Below, piece by piece: positions 1 to 9,066 of a stretch of DNA of 64,000 nt. Position 1 is the stretch's first letter, and each line of letters starts with the position of its first letter. The stretch covers positions 7,670 through 71,669 of the forward strand of contig CAYYMD010000005.1 in the NCBI GenBank assembly GCA_964472875.1, written 5' to 3'. The translations under genes were made by a program, and so were the position numbers. A model generated the notes under the pieces. It was given only the letters and a program-made list of their open reading frames with translations, made no database searches and had not been told where the DNA came from. The DNA comes from an uncultured Planctomycetaceae bacterium. Its GTDB lineage: Bacteria; Planctomycetota; Phycisphaerae; SM23-33.

Positions 1-613
1 TGATATTGACATTCGTAACGCGACCCTGCTTGCCGACAACCAGTCGCAAGATGGTTCTTCCGGTGACGCCGTCTATTTTTGCCCGCCGGGGGTAATACCG
101 GGACAGGTCCGGCGGCTGGATGAGCAGGGGCCCGCGTGTCGTTCCGGCGGGGCCGGGTGATGACGGATCGGGCGTTGGGGGGACATTCGGCGAACGGCCG
201 ACCACGGGCGTAGAAATCGCCTCGGCCGATATGTCCGGCAACCGGTCGGATACTTCCGGTACGAGGACAGCGTCGGCCCGCGGCATCGTGGGGGCGTCGA
301 GTTTTACCGTCTCTGTGGCGATTTTCGGCATCGGCGGGGAGGGCAGGTTCGGCGCGGCCGGCTTCTCGGCAGGGGCGGCGCTGGTGACAGCCGCATCAGT
401 GACGATCTTCATTTCTTCTTCGGGTAAATCTACCACCTCCAGCGGAACGGCGCGGGGCGGCTTACCTGCGGAGTCTCCTTCGGCCATGTTCCAAGCCGCC
501 AGCAATATGACGAGCGCCGCATTGAGGGCGACAGCACCGGCCGCAGCCAGTATGTGTCGGATGCGGGGCCCGGGGCGGTATTTGTGAGTCAAATTTAGTT
601 TTTTGTTTTCCAT
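1..613 (-). CDS. tonB: TonB energy transducer, partial (runs off window start); N-terminal TM anchor, Pro-rich spacer and TonB C-terminal domain
   Basis: Manual minus-strand translation from ATG at 613: MENKKLNLTHKYRPGPRIRHILAAAGAVALNAALVILLAAW... Pro-rich linker (PSPPMPK...PPTPDPSSPGPAG) ...PPDLSRYYPRRAKIDGVTGRTILRLVVGKQGRVTNVNI, which matches the TonB_C signature. Lies immediately downstream of exbD in the same operon. Absent from the ORF track because there is no in-window stop. Confidence 0.7.
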   Translation of the reverse strand, partial: MENKKLNLTHKYRPGPRIRHILAAAGAVALNAALVILLAAWNMAEGDSAGKPPRAVPLEVVDLPEEEMKIVTDAAVTSAAPAEKPAAPNLPSPPMPKIATETVKLDAPTMPRADAVLVPEVSDRLPDISAEAISTPVVGRSPNVPPTPDPSSPGPAGTTRGPLLIQPPDLSRYYPRRAKIDGVTGRTILRLVVGKQGRVTNVNI

Positions 614-626
614 TGCGGTTTAGCCG

Positions 627-1040
627 TTACTCTGCGATTGCGGCAACGCTGACATCCTTCGCGCCGGCGGCCTTGCAAGTGTCCAGCACCTTCAGCAGCA
701 GGTGCGTTGGCACGTCCCGGTCGGCCTGGATGACCACGCGGCGGGCGTCGAGGTCTTTCATGGCGGCCTCGATGGACGAGGCGTCGCCGGGATTTATTGT
801 GCGCCCGGCCACGTGAACGGTGCCAGCCTTGGTGATGGCCACGGGCAGGTATCGCGCGGTTATCTGCTCGGCCGAGGCGCTCTGTGGGCGGTTCACCACC
901 ACGCCGGAGTCCTGGACGAAACTCGTCGAGACGATGTAGAAAATCAGCAGGATGAACACCATGTCTATCAGCGGAGCCATCTCGATGGTCGCGCCTTTAC
1001 TGCTGTATCGCCTGCCTGTAAGCACGTCGCGGCGCATCAT
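627..1040 (-). CDS. exbD: Biopolymer transport protein ExbD/TolR
   Basis: 137 aa with basic N-terminus, single TM (PLIDMVFILLIFYIV) and ExbD periplasmic domain (VVIQADRDVPTHLLLKVLDTCKAAGAKDV). Start overlaps the exbB stop by 4 nt. Confidence 0.85.
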   Translation of the reverse strand: MMRRDVLTGRRYSSKGATIEMAPLIDMVFILLIFYIVSTSFVQDSGVVVNRPQSASAEQITARYLPVAITKAGTVHVAGRTINPGDASSIEAAMKDLDARRVVIQADRDVPTHLLLKVLDTCKAAGAKDVSVAAIAE

Positions 1041-1498
1041 CGCACCTTCTCTTTCATGCGGGCGGTTTGGGCCAATTGGCTGACCAGCTGCCGCCGACGA
1101 AGCAAAAATCTCTCGACCAGCAGGCCCGGGGCCGCTATGGCCAGACCGAACTGCGTGGTCAGCAGCGACTTCCGTATGCCGGCGCTCATCTCGGTTATAT
1201 ATCCGCCCTGCAGTATGCTTCTAAATGTTTCTATCATGCCGGTGACGGTGCCCAGCAGGCCAAACAAGGGGGCTATCACTATACACGCGCGGATGAGCCC
1301 CATGCGTCGCAGGCCCGCCAGTTCGCCGGTTTCGCGCATCGCAATGTTCCCGAAGGCCCCGGCACTGCGTAAAATTTTCGCCCGCACGGTAACGTCCCAC
1401 AGCTGCTCCAGTATCAGGAAAGTCATCGCCAGCGACAGGACGCACAGGGCGTACATCACTGCGCCGCCGTCATTTAACCATTTTATGATTTCGCTCAT
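1037..1498 (-). CDS. exbB: MotA/TolQ/ExbB proton channel (short ExbB)
   Basis: 153 aa, three TM segments, GLLGTVTGMIETF and TTQFGLAIAAP signatures of the MotA/TolQ/ExbB family. Translationally coupled with its neighbours. Confidence 0.85.
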   Translation of the reverse strand: MSEIIKWLNDGGAVMYALCVLSLAMTFLILEQLWDVTVRAKILRSAGAFGNIAMRETGELAGLRRMGLIRACIVIAPLFGLLGTVTGMIETFRSILQGGYITEMSAGIRKSLLTTQFGLAIAAPGLLVERFLLRRRQLVSQLAQTARMKEKVR

Positions 1499-2832
1499 TT
1501 GTCACGTCCGGATGAATCTTCGTGGTTAAGACCGAACACTCGTATCGCGTCGTGTTCGAGCAGGGCCTCGCGACGCTCGACCCAGCGGGCCAGGCCCGCA
1601 TGCGCCAACAGCAGCGGAATGGCCACCATCAATCCGAACTGCGTGGTGATAAGCGCCTCGGAGATACCGCCGGACAGCAGGCGGGGATTTCCCGTGCCCG
1701 CCGTCGAGATCGTATCGAAGGTGGCGATCATTCCAGAGACGGTACCCAGAAGCCCCAGCAGCGGCGCCACGCCTGCCAGGGCCGCCAGCACCGAGAGTGA
1801 CCTCTCCAGTTTGGGGGCCTCGGCCAGAAGGGCTGTCTCCATCGCCGCGTCGCGCTGCTGCTCGTCGGCGCCCATGGAGTCTATGCCGGCCCGCAGCACG
1901 CGGGCAGTCGGCGTGTAAGATTTTTTCAGTTCGATGTGCGCCTCTGAGGCCCGGCCGCTGCCAACCCTTGCCAATACGTCATTCACCAGCGACGGCGGCG
2001 CCTTGGTAGCCACCAGGTACACCACCCTCTCAATGATGAGGATGATTCCAACGGCCCCGACGACAATTATCGGATAAATGAACAGGCCGCCGGCGCTAAT
2101 CCAACTTTTCATCGTCCACGGCCGAGACGGGCTTCGCTCTACCAAAGACCCATCCACGTCCAAGGGCAGATGGGCAAGTTCGCCGTCGGCGGCTGCATGA
2201 AGAGTATCGGCGCCGTCCTCGGGAACGTACTGGCCCGTAACGCGCATGGAGCCGTCGGGCAATTTGCCAAGCAGGCCCAGCGTCGCCTCATTGTCGCCGC
2301 AGGCGTAGGCGGCGAAGTCGCCAAGGTGCAGCACGGTAACGCGTTGTTCGCCACCGTCGCGAGCCACGATATTTTCCGGACCGACGGTAACGTCGAAACC
2401 GTTGCGTATATTTTGCATCCGGCGCCTAAGCGCATCCCATGCTGCCTGCTCCACGGCAGCTATGGAATCGTTCACTTCTATCGAAGCGCCGGCAAGTTCC
2501 GCCAACTGTGTTACAATGTTTTTAGTGCGACGCTCGGCCATGGCGGCGTTGCTGCGGAGGTCTTCGGCCTTCTGTCGCATGCTTTCCAGCGATCGCTCGG
2601 TCTCTTTTGCCTCTGCGCGGGCGGCGTCGAGATTTTCGTAGGCCTTTTGTAACTTCGCGGCCAGTTCTTTGCGGCGTTGAAGATGTGCGGTTTTCGCCTC
2701 GGCCAGACGCTTGCGGGCCTGTTTGCGTGTGGCCCTTGCGCGGGAGAGCAGATCCTGCGGCGAGGGCAACTCCTGCGCAGCGACCGGGAGTGTAAGAATA
2801 ATGGGCACAATAACGCACAGGCCTCGCTTCAT
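1495..2832 (-). CDS. Long MotA/TolQ/ExbB family protein with N-terminal periplasmic coiled-coil domain (TtpC-like, TonB2-type system)
   Basis: 445 aa. Signal peptide, then a roughly 230-aa coiled-coil/periplasmic region, then a C-terminal MotA/ExbB channel core (LGLLGTVSGMIATF...TTQFGLMVAIP). The architecture matches TtpC of TonB2 systems. Confidence 0.8.
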   Translation of the reverse strand: MKRGLCVIVPIILTLPVAAQELPSPQDLLSRARATRKQARKRLAEAKTAHLQRRKELAAKLQKAYENLDAARAEAKETERSLESMRQKAEDLRSNAAMAERRTKNIVTQLAELAGASIEVNDSIAAVEQAAWDALRRRMQNIRNGFDVTVGPENIVARDGGEQRVTVLHLGDFAAYACGDNEATLGLLGKLPDGSMRVTGQYVPEDGADTLHAAADGELAHLPLDVDGSLVERSPSRPWTMKSWISAGGLFIYPIIVVGAVGIILIIERVVYLVATKAPPSLVNDVLARVGSGRASEAHIELKKSYTPTARVLRAGIDSMGADEQQRDAAMETALLAEAPKLERSLSVLAALAGVAPLLGLLGTVSGMIATFDTISTAGTGNPRLLSGGISEALITTQFGLMVAIPLLLAHAGLARWVERREALLEHDAIRVFGLNHEDSSGRDK

Positions 2833-3692
2833 TGTTCCTGCTCCTCGTTTTTATCGACGTTCAGGTGATGCACCGGAAGGAGCGTCCAGTGGGGCGCGGA
2901 CTGCCCCTCGGCGATGGCGAAGGCCTTTTTGATGGACTCTGCGTCCTGCTCGTCGGCCGCGGGATCCAACATCAGTTCCTCATCTTGCATGGTGGCCTGG
3001 CCGGCTTTTTTGCCGTCAAGCGACATCCACCACGCGGCCGCGCCGCCGGCGCGAAGGAGTTTGACGGTTACGGTCCGCCCGCCCAGTTCCGCGTTGACCA
3101 GTTCCACAGTTGAGGTGCAGTTGTTCTGCTCGGTTTTGGCCAGGCGATTAATATCGGCCGAAAATCGCCGCAGCGGGTCGGTTATCCCAGCAGCGGTGTC
3201 CGGCGGGACAACGCCGGGCAGCGAGTGGCCCTTCAGCGTTTCCAAGGCCTGTTCGAGCCGTTCGGCGAGTGCGTCCACCATCGCCTCGACCTCTACGAGC
3301 CGCTGCTGTTGGGCCTGCTCGTCGGCCACCTGCTTTTTCAGTTCCGAGCGATTCTTTTCGGCCTTATCGGCTTCCCGCCTGAGTTGCTCGGCCCGACGGT
3401 TGACCGAGTCTATGAGCATTTGGAGTTTTTCCTCCTCCATGGCCCATTGTTGCTCGGCCTGTTGCAGTTCATCGCGGGCCTGGTCGGCAGCGATTAGTTC
3501 GGCAATTACGTTTTGCGCGATAGAGGACGACGGGCGGGTGGCAGGCGAATCCGGCGGATCGCCCGTGGCCAGGGACATCAGCGCCAACAGACAAACAGCC
3601 GCATGCAAGTGAATGTTTTTGCATACGCGGCCGATGCCGGCGACAAACCCGACGATAATTTTCAAAACCATTTTTGATGCCTCAATTTGCAC
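2829..3692 (-). CDS. DUF3450-family coiled-coil protein, TonB2-system accessory
   Basis: 287 aa with a signal-like N-terminus, a long Q/E/R-rich coiled coil and a C-terminal VTVKLLRAGGAAAWWMSLDGKKAG motif typical of DUF3450 proteins found upstream of TtpC-ExbB-ExbD-TonB. The start codon is uncertain (several in-frame Met). Confidence 0.65.
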   Translation of the reverse strand: MQIEASKMVLKIIVGFVAGIGRVCKNIHLHAAVCLLALMSLATGDPPDSPATRPSSSIAQNVIAELIAADQARDELQQAEQQWAMEEEKLQMLIDSVNRRAEQLRREADKAEKNRSELKKQVADEQAQQQRLVEVEAMVDALAERLEQALETLKGHSLPGVVPPDTAAGITDPLRRFSADINRLAKTEQNNCTSTVELVNAELGGRTVTVKLLRAGGAAAWWMSLDGKKAGQATMQDEELMLDPAADEQDAESIKKAFAIAEGQSAPHWTLLPVHHLNVDKNEEQEQ

Positions 3693-3720
3693 GGTACAGA
3701 ATAATTATAAACTATTGAGT

Positions 3721-5769
3721 TCAAAACTTCAGGCCCAGGCCGCTTTTGAACGTGGCGCCTTCGTTGGGCCATCCGACGACCGTGGAATAATGCTCGTCGA
3801 ATATATTGTCCACGCCGAAGAAAACATAGTGCTGTTTGTCCTCGCCGAAGTAATATGTAACCTTCGTGTTGACCTCTGTGAAGTCGCCCAGGTCGACCGG
3901 CGCACTGCCCGAGGCGAGGAACCGCTGGTTTTCGTACTGAGAGACGCGCTTGGCCAGTACGGAGAATTCGACGTTCTTAATTAGGTACGACACGCCGCCG
4001 CCGAGAATGATATTGGGAACTTCCTCATCCTCGACCCATACACCATCCTCTTTTTTCTCCGTTTGCATGCCGACGGCGTTGAAGAAAAACTGCAGTCCGT
4101 TGTCGAACCTTTTTGACCGCACGTCCAGTTCCAGGCCATAGTTGTCCCTGTCGGTGTTTTCGAACAGCCCGAATTCGTTGCCATTGACGGTGACCGTCTG
4201 TCGTGTCAGCACGGCCGCGTCCTGCTGATGGACGTAAAATGCTGTCAGCGAGGCCTCGCCGAAGCGGTCCCATTCCCGCTTGAGGCCCAGGTCACATTTT
4301 GTCCTGGTCTCGGTTCCGGGCTGCTGGAGGTCGGTGTCGAGCATGCCGGGATTGGCCTCCAACTGGCCTCGCGTCACATTGGCGTGAATAGAGTAGCCCT
4401 TGGGCAGTTTATACACACCGCCGAGCGTGAACGTGTGCAGCGGATCGCGCCACTCGTCTTGGACTTTCACGTTCCTGAGGCCCCCCTTGGGGCTGCCTTC
4501 GACGTTGAAGCCGCCAAACTCGTTATAGTAGGTGCGGCTGAGGCGATAGCCGGCATTCAAAATTAAATTGCCGAAATCGTGCTCGTCGACGATTATCCCC
4601 GAATACGTCCACAGGTCAGCGGGGTTGCCCACATAAAATCGTTTTCCTGTCGGCGATATCCAGTTGTTGAACAGGCCGCCGAATCGCAGCGTGTTTTTCT
4701 CGCAGAGTTTCAGCGTCTGAGTTATTCGCGCCCCGTATTCGAAGTCGTCCTCGAGCCAGTCGTCGCTGCCGGAGGTATGGCCGTGAAATCGCCGCTGGGC
4801 GTAGTTGGCGATTATTTCTGTGGCGGCCCTGTCGCTCGGCTGATACCGCGCCTTGCCCACGAACAGGTAACTTTTCATCGGATCATAGTTAGTACTTTCG
4901 GTCCGGAACCTGGCCTGCGCGGGCGGTTCCGCAAGTTGCAGCGAGCGGTCGCCGAAGAAACTCATGCCCATAACTGAGAAAGTCCATTCCGGAGTGGGAC
5001 TGGCGACAATACGGCTATAGAGGTTGGTGATATTCTCATTGGCGTTTTCGCCATCCGGTCCGTCTGTGTGTTTGTACCCCGCCCCGATGGCGTAGGACAG
5101 TTCGCCGATTACGTCGCCGTGGCTGAGGTCAGTGCGGGAGGTGTTGTGGCTTCCGTAAAGGGTCTTAATATTGGTCCGGCGCTTGGTGTACGTGCGGGGG
5201 ATGATGTTTATCATGCCGGACATACCGCCGGGGCTGAGCATCATGGCGCCGCTGGAGCGAAGGACCTCCAGCCGTTCGAGGTTCGCGGTGCTGATAAAAT
5301 ATCCCGTTTCGTGGAATTCCCTGAACCATGCGCCGTCGATGAGATAACCCGGATAGGGATATCGCTGCCCGCGGACCGAAAAGAACTTTTTAACCTTTCT
5401 ACCGCGGGACTCCGTCCACGCGCCCGGCACGTACTTAAGCGCGTCAATGACGGAATACGCATCCAGCCATTCCATCTCCTCCTTGCCCACAACGCTTTGT
5501 GCGGTGTCCAGTCCTGGTGACTCGCTCAATGGCCGCTTGATTAGGTCGCGGGGCCCCTGGGCGGTGAAGTTGGACTTTTCGCCCTGCTCCACGGGTGATT
5601 TTTTACCCGTTATGGTGATGGTTTGCGCCTGTTCGTCCTCCCGGCCGGCGGGTTGCGTGGCCGGTTGCGTAGACGCAGCGACGGAATCATCATCGCCCGC
5701 TGCAGTCGAGTAAACGAATAAAAACGTTGCGAATATTGCCAAAAACATCTTCGAACTACTGAACTTCAT
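3721..5769 (-). CDS. TonB-dependent outer-membrane receptor
   Basis: Signal peptide MKFSSSKMFLAIFATFLFVYSTAAG, plug/barrel features and a C-terminal ...GLGLKF terminal Phe. Heads the TonB locus. Start refined to MKFSSS at 5769 (ORF-track start 5814 is upstream read-through). Confidence 0.85.
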   Translation of the reverse strand: MKFSSSKMFLAIFATFLFVYSTAAGDDDSVAASTQPATQPAGREDEQAQTITITGKKSPVEQGEKSNFTAQGPRDLIKRPLSESPGLDTAQSVVGKEEMEWLDAYSVIDALKYVPGAWTESRGRKVKKFFSVRGQRYPYPGYLIDGAWFREFHETGYFISTANLERLEVLRSSGAMMLSPGGMSGMINIIPRTYTKRRTNIKTLYGSHNTSRTDLSHGDVIGELSYAIGAGYKHTDGPDGENANENITNLYSRIVASPTPEWTFSVMGMSFFGDRSLQLAEPPAQARFRTESTNYDPMKSYLFVGKARYQPSDRAATEIIANYAQRRFHGHTSGSDDWLEDDFEYGARITQTLKLCEKNTLRFGGLFNNWISPTGKRFYVGNPADLWTYSGIIVDEHDFGNLILNAGYRLSRTYYNEFGGFNVEGSPKGGLRNVKVQDEWRDPLHTFTLGGVYKLPKGYSIHANVTRGQLEANPGMLDTDLQQPGTETRTKCDLGLKREWDRFGEASLTAFYVHQQDAAVLTRQTVTVNGNEFGLFENTDRDNYGLELDVRSKRFDNGLQFFFNAVGMQTEKKEDGVWVEDEEVPNIILGGGVSYLIKNVEFSVLAKRVSQYENQRFLASGSAPVDLGDFTEVNTKVTYYFGEDKQHYVFFGVDNIFDEHYSTVVGWPNEGATFKSGLGLKF

Positions 5770-5845
5770 CGAATAAATCCTTTCCTTTCTCTGTTGGTAA
5801 AACGTCTGTAACAATTCCGGCTGTTGGTCTACATTTTGGGGGTGA

Positions 5846-7231
5846 TTACGAGCGGCCGGGTTCGGCCATGACGATGGCGTGTACGGTGCCGTCGCGTGTT
5901 TTTATGTATCCTGTGTCGCCGACACTGGCGAAGGCGTTGCATGAGAGCACTCCGGGTATACGACGGACGATTTTTCCGGTGCGGCGATCCAGCGCCACGA
6001 GCCGTCCGTTCCGGCGGGTGTCGACGTAATAAATAAGTCCGCCGGTCTCACTCAGCGGACTGCATCCCTCGGCGGCGCGCTTCCAGAGCACCCGGCCCGT
6101 GCGACGGTCAATCGCAGTTACATTCCTGCCCCTCAGATAGAGTCCCTCGGAGGTCGTCAGCAGGCACCGGGTGGGGCTGACCGCCCTGCGCCACAGTGTT
6201 CGGCGAGAGTTTTCATCGATGCAGAACAGTTTGCTGTCCATGCCGAGTTCGGTTTGTGCGAAATAAATCCGTCCGGACCCCAGCGCCACAAGCGGTCGTC
6301 CGATGGCGAACCTGCTGTCCTCGAATTCTCGGCGCCACAAAATATGCCCGGAGGACGCCTCCAGCCGCATCAGCCGCCCCGCAGTTGCTACGTAAATATA
6401 ACCGTTTCTATTTGCCGCACGGGAAGGCAGCCCCTCACGCTCGAATGACCGCGTCCACTTTACCTCGCCCGTGGATGCGTTCAGCATTCGCACCTCGCGG
6501 CCGACGGTCCAGCATACCCTGTCCTGGCCCAGTGGCGACGGCCGGGAGGGATATATCGTGTGCCCGCGCCCCCGATAGATACTTTGCCACAATTTGCCGC
6601 CGTCGGCGGCGTCCAGCGCAAGCAGGGCGATTTGCCCGTTTTGCCCCTTGGCCAGACAGAATACCCTTTTTCCGTCGGCTGCGAGATAACCGAAACTTCT
6701 GGCCGGGCAAGTCCATTTGGACTCGCCGGTGGCGGCGTCCACGGCTACCACATGTCCGTCCGTATCATCGCCGGCAACAAAATACATGTTGTCGCCGTTT
6801 ACGATGAAACCATCCGCCGTAGAAGCCCGCGCGGCCATGGCGCCTTCGTAACGCCACTTTTCAAGAAATCCGTTGCTGGCTGATGTTTTCCGCGGCTGCG
6901 ATTCGCCACTGATTATGCCCCACAAACTCACCGCCGCGATAAGTACGGCCGCGGCGCCGAAGACAGTAATGACGCGACGAATACGACGGCCGAAACGTTT
7001 CGATTTGATTTCCCGCGACACTGCATCCTGCAATCTGTATTCGAAAGCGACCGACGGCGCATCGGCGTCGCCTGAGCATTTGACGTCGTCGGCGATCCGT
7101 CGGATTTGCTCCTTGGCCTCGCGGCAGGCCGGACATTGTCCGAGGTGCTCGCGCACCCGGCAGTGTTGCTGCGGCGAAAGGCCGCCAAAGACGTACAATT
7201 CGAGATTTTCGCGGGCTTGTCGGCAGTTCAT
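5846..7231 (-). CDS. Anti-sigma factor: N-terminal zf-HC2 zinc finger, TM helix, periplasmic PQQ-like beta-propeller repeats
   Basis: MNCRQARENLELYVFGGLSPQQHCRVREHLGQCPACREAK is a zf-HC2 anti-sigma motif. TM segment VITVFGAAAVLIAAVSLWGII, then repeated ...DG.I/LY/W... beta-propeller blades. Directly downstream of the ECF sigma. The alternative start at 7294 cannot be excluded. Confidence 0.7.
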   Translation of the reverse strand: MNCRQARENLELYVFGGLSPQQHCRVREHLGQCPACREAKEQIRRIADDVKCSGDADAPSVAFEYRLQDAVSREIKSKRFGRRIRRVITVFGAAAVLIAAVSLWGIISGESQPRKTSASNGFLEKWRYEGAMAARASTADGFIVNGDNMYFVAGDDTDGHVVAVDAATGESKWTCPARSFGYLAADGKRVFCLAKGQNGQIALLALDAADGGKLWQSIYRGRGHTIYPSRPSPLGQDRVCWTVGREVRMLNASTGEVKWTRSFEREGLPSRAANRNGYIYVATAGRLMRLEASSGHILWRREFEDSRFAIGRPLVALGSGRIYFAQTELGMDSKLFCIDENSRRTLWRRAVSPTRCLLTTSEGLYLRGRNVTAIDRRTGRVLWKRAAEGCSPLSETGGLIYYVDTRRNGRLVALDRRTGKIVRRIPGVLSCNAFASVGDTGYIKTRDGTVHAIVMAEPGRS

Positions 7232-7271
7232 GGCCGCATCCGGATACGGGCATATCCTTCCATCAATACGC

Positions 7272-7880
7272 TCAAACCGTCCGCGGCGGGACAATTTTTT
7301 TGGAAATGTCGCCCGAAATTTCTTCCTCTTCCCCTGTGCTGTCTTTGTACAGTCGCCGCATCCGTCCGCTTTTACGCAGTCGCCGAAGCGCCCGCTGGGC
7401 GCGTTTTTTAGCCGCCTCGGTGGAAATCCCCATCGCTGCGGCTACGTCGACGAAAGGCATCTCATGTACAATCCGCAAAGTCAATACCATCCTGTCGTCT
7501 TTACTCAGTCCGGCCAGAATGTCCGATGCGTCAATATCTTTCCATGGTGAGGAGGTGTATGAAATGCATGTGCTCCCGAATGCCTGCTGATTCATTACAT
7601 AATTTGTCCTGCATTTCTTGTGGTGCAACCGCCGTCGAATCATATCTGTGCAAACGTTGCGGAGTATCGTATAGAACCAACTCGAGAACGGCCGGGACGT
7701 GCGGAATTTCTTACGGCTGCGAATCACACGCAGGAACGCCTCCTGGACGGCGTCTTCGGCCGCGTGCCCATCGCCGGCGTGGTCCATAATTCCATTTGCC
7801 ACTGCAAGCGCAGGCGAAGTGTAACGCCGCATGAGTTCATCGAACGCATCTGCGTCGAGGCAGGCCTTGAACCGAGCCAT
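7272..7880 (-). CDS. ECF-type RNA polymerase sigma-70 factor
   Basis: From MARFKAC: region 2 (AEDAVQEAFLRVIRSRKKFRTSRPFSSWFYTILRNVCTDMIRRR) and a region-4 HTH (LSKDDRMVLTLRIVHEMPFVDVAAAMGISTEAAKKRAQRALRRLR). Upstream of 7880 is an AT-rich promoter region. Confidence 0.7.
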   Translation of the reverse strand: MARFKACLDADAFDELMRRYTSPALAVANGIMDHAGDGHAAEDAVQEAFLRVIRSRKKFRTSRPFSSWFYTILRNVCTDMIRRRLHHKKCRTNYVMNQQAFGSTCISYTSSPWKDIDASDILAGLSKDDRMVLTLRIVHEMPFVDVAAAMGISTEAAKKRAQRALRRLRKSGRMRRLYKDSTGEEEEISGDISKKIVPPRTV

Positions 7881-8158
7881 CAGCGATTCATCCCCAGCCG
7901 TACTTTTGCGACAGGGGACACCGTAACTTTTTCTGGAACAAAACGTTGTATTTTTCTTTTTACCGATGCTGTTGTTCCTCCGGATTTCGTGTCCCCATAC
8001 GGCACAGACGCCGCATGGCCGGCCAAATCGTCCGTTTTTGAAGTTAAACTCGATAATGTTATTATGGTTTTCCAATTTTATTGACAATTATTATTCACTA
8101 TTAATTTTCTGTTGCGATATGAAGTGTGAAGAAAATTGCCGAAATCCAAAATTTCTGG

Positions 8159-9004
8159 TTACTTGCTGAAATAAAGCCAAACGCCGTAATTGAGAGAGGA
8201 ATCTTCGGGCTTATGTCGAATTATCTCGAAGTCTTCGACATCCATTTGATTCATAATCACACGAAAACGCTTGGCGTCCTTGTCCGGATTGTACTTGGGC
8301 CCGCCGATTAAATGTTTGCGGGTCAGTTTTCTTACCTCACTTTCGGGCATAGTGGGCGCCACACCGCGCCCGATGAAGGCCTTCCCGCCCGGGCGCAGTA
8401 CCCTGTGAATTTCGGCCAGACCTGTTCGCAAGTCGCTCCAGAACTGGTAACTGCCGCGCGATATTATTATATCCGCGTAATTTTTCTTGAACGGCATGTC
8501 GCAGGCATCCGCAAACACAAATCCCGTACGATGCGCAAAATTGTAATCAAGAGATTCTTGTGCAAAGTTCCGAGCGCACCACGTGTTGATATCCGTGTTT
8601 ACCCAGTAGAAACGCTTGGTTCGCTCTACTAATTCAAAAACGAGATTGCCCGAACCGCCGCCGATATCAATCCCGATTCCCGCGCGTTTTGACAGGTTAA
8701 ACCGGTCCACCAAATAATCGGCCAGTCGGGCATAAACAATCTTCCGTCTGTCGCCAATCTTATCGATTCTCGCGGCTCTTTCCGGTCCGAATTTTTCGTA
8801 ATTCGGCCGCCGCAGGCCAAATCCAATTGTCGTGAGGGGTTTTTTTACATCAAAGCCGTGGTGAGCAAAAATTTCCCGGGCACGTGGACCGGCGCACACC
8901 AATCCCGTGCGTAAAGGAACGGCCACGATTTTCGAGCCCCTTTCAGTCGGCCGGCGGCTGCGTTCATCACCCTCGCCGCCGCTTAAAAAATGTCTTGCTT
9001 TCAA
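8159..9004 (-). CDS. Class I SAM-dependent methyltransferase
   Basis: Motif I IGIDIGGGSGNL and post-I LRPGGKAFI, 281 aa. Confidence 0.7.
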   Translation of the reverse strand: MKARHFLSGGEGDERSRRPTERGSKIVAVPLRTGLVCAGPRAREIFAHHGFDVKKPLTTIGFGLRRPNYEKFGPERAARIDKIGDRRKIVYARLADYLVDRFNLSKRAGIGIDIGGGSGNLVFELVERTKRFYWVNTDINTWCARNFAQESLDYNFAHRTGFVFADACDMPFKKNYADIIISRGSYQFWSDLRTGLAEIHRVLRPGGKAFIGRGVAPTMPESEVRKLTRKHLIGGPKYNPDKDAKRFRVIMNQMDVEDFEIIRHKPEDSSLNYGVWLYFSK

Positions 9005-9066
9005 GGCAGCACTGAATTATAAAATAATATGGAATAGTCAACTTATACTGATTTAAGGATGAACAA

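Noticed and set aside
120-587. 155-aa plus-strand ORF at the window start (and 613..816, 702..1529)
   Set aside because: They overlap the hand-identified tonB on the opposite strand. The translations are Gly/Ala/Ser-rich with no domain.
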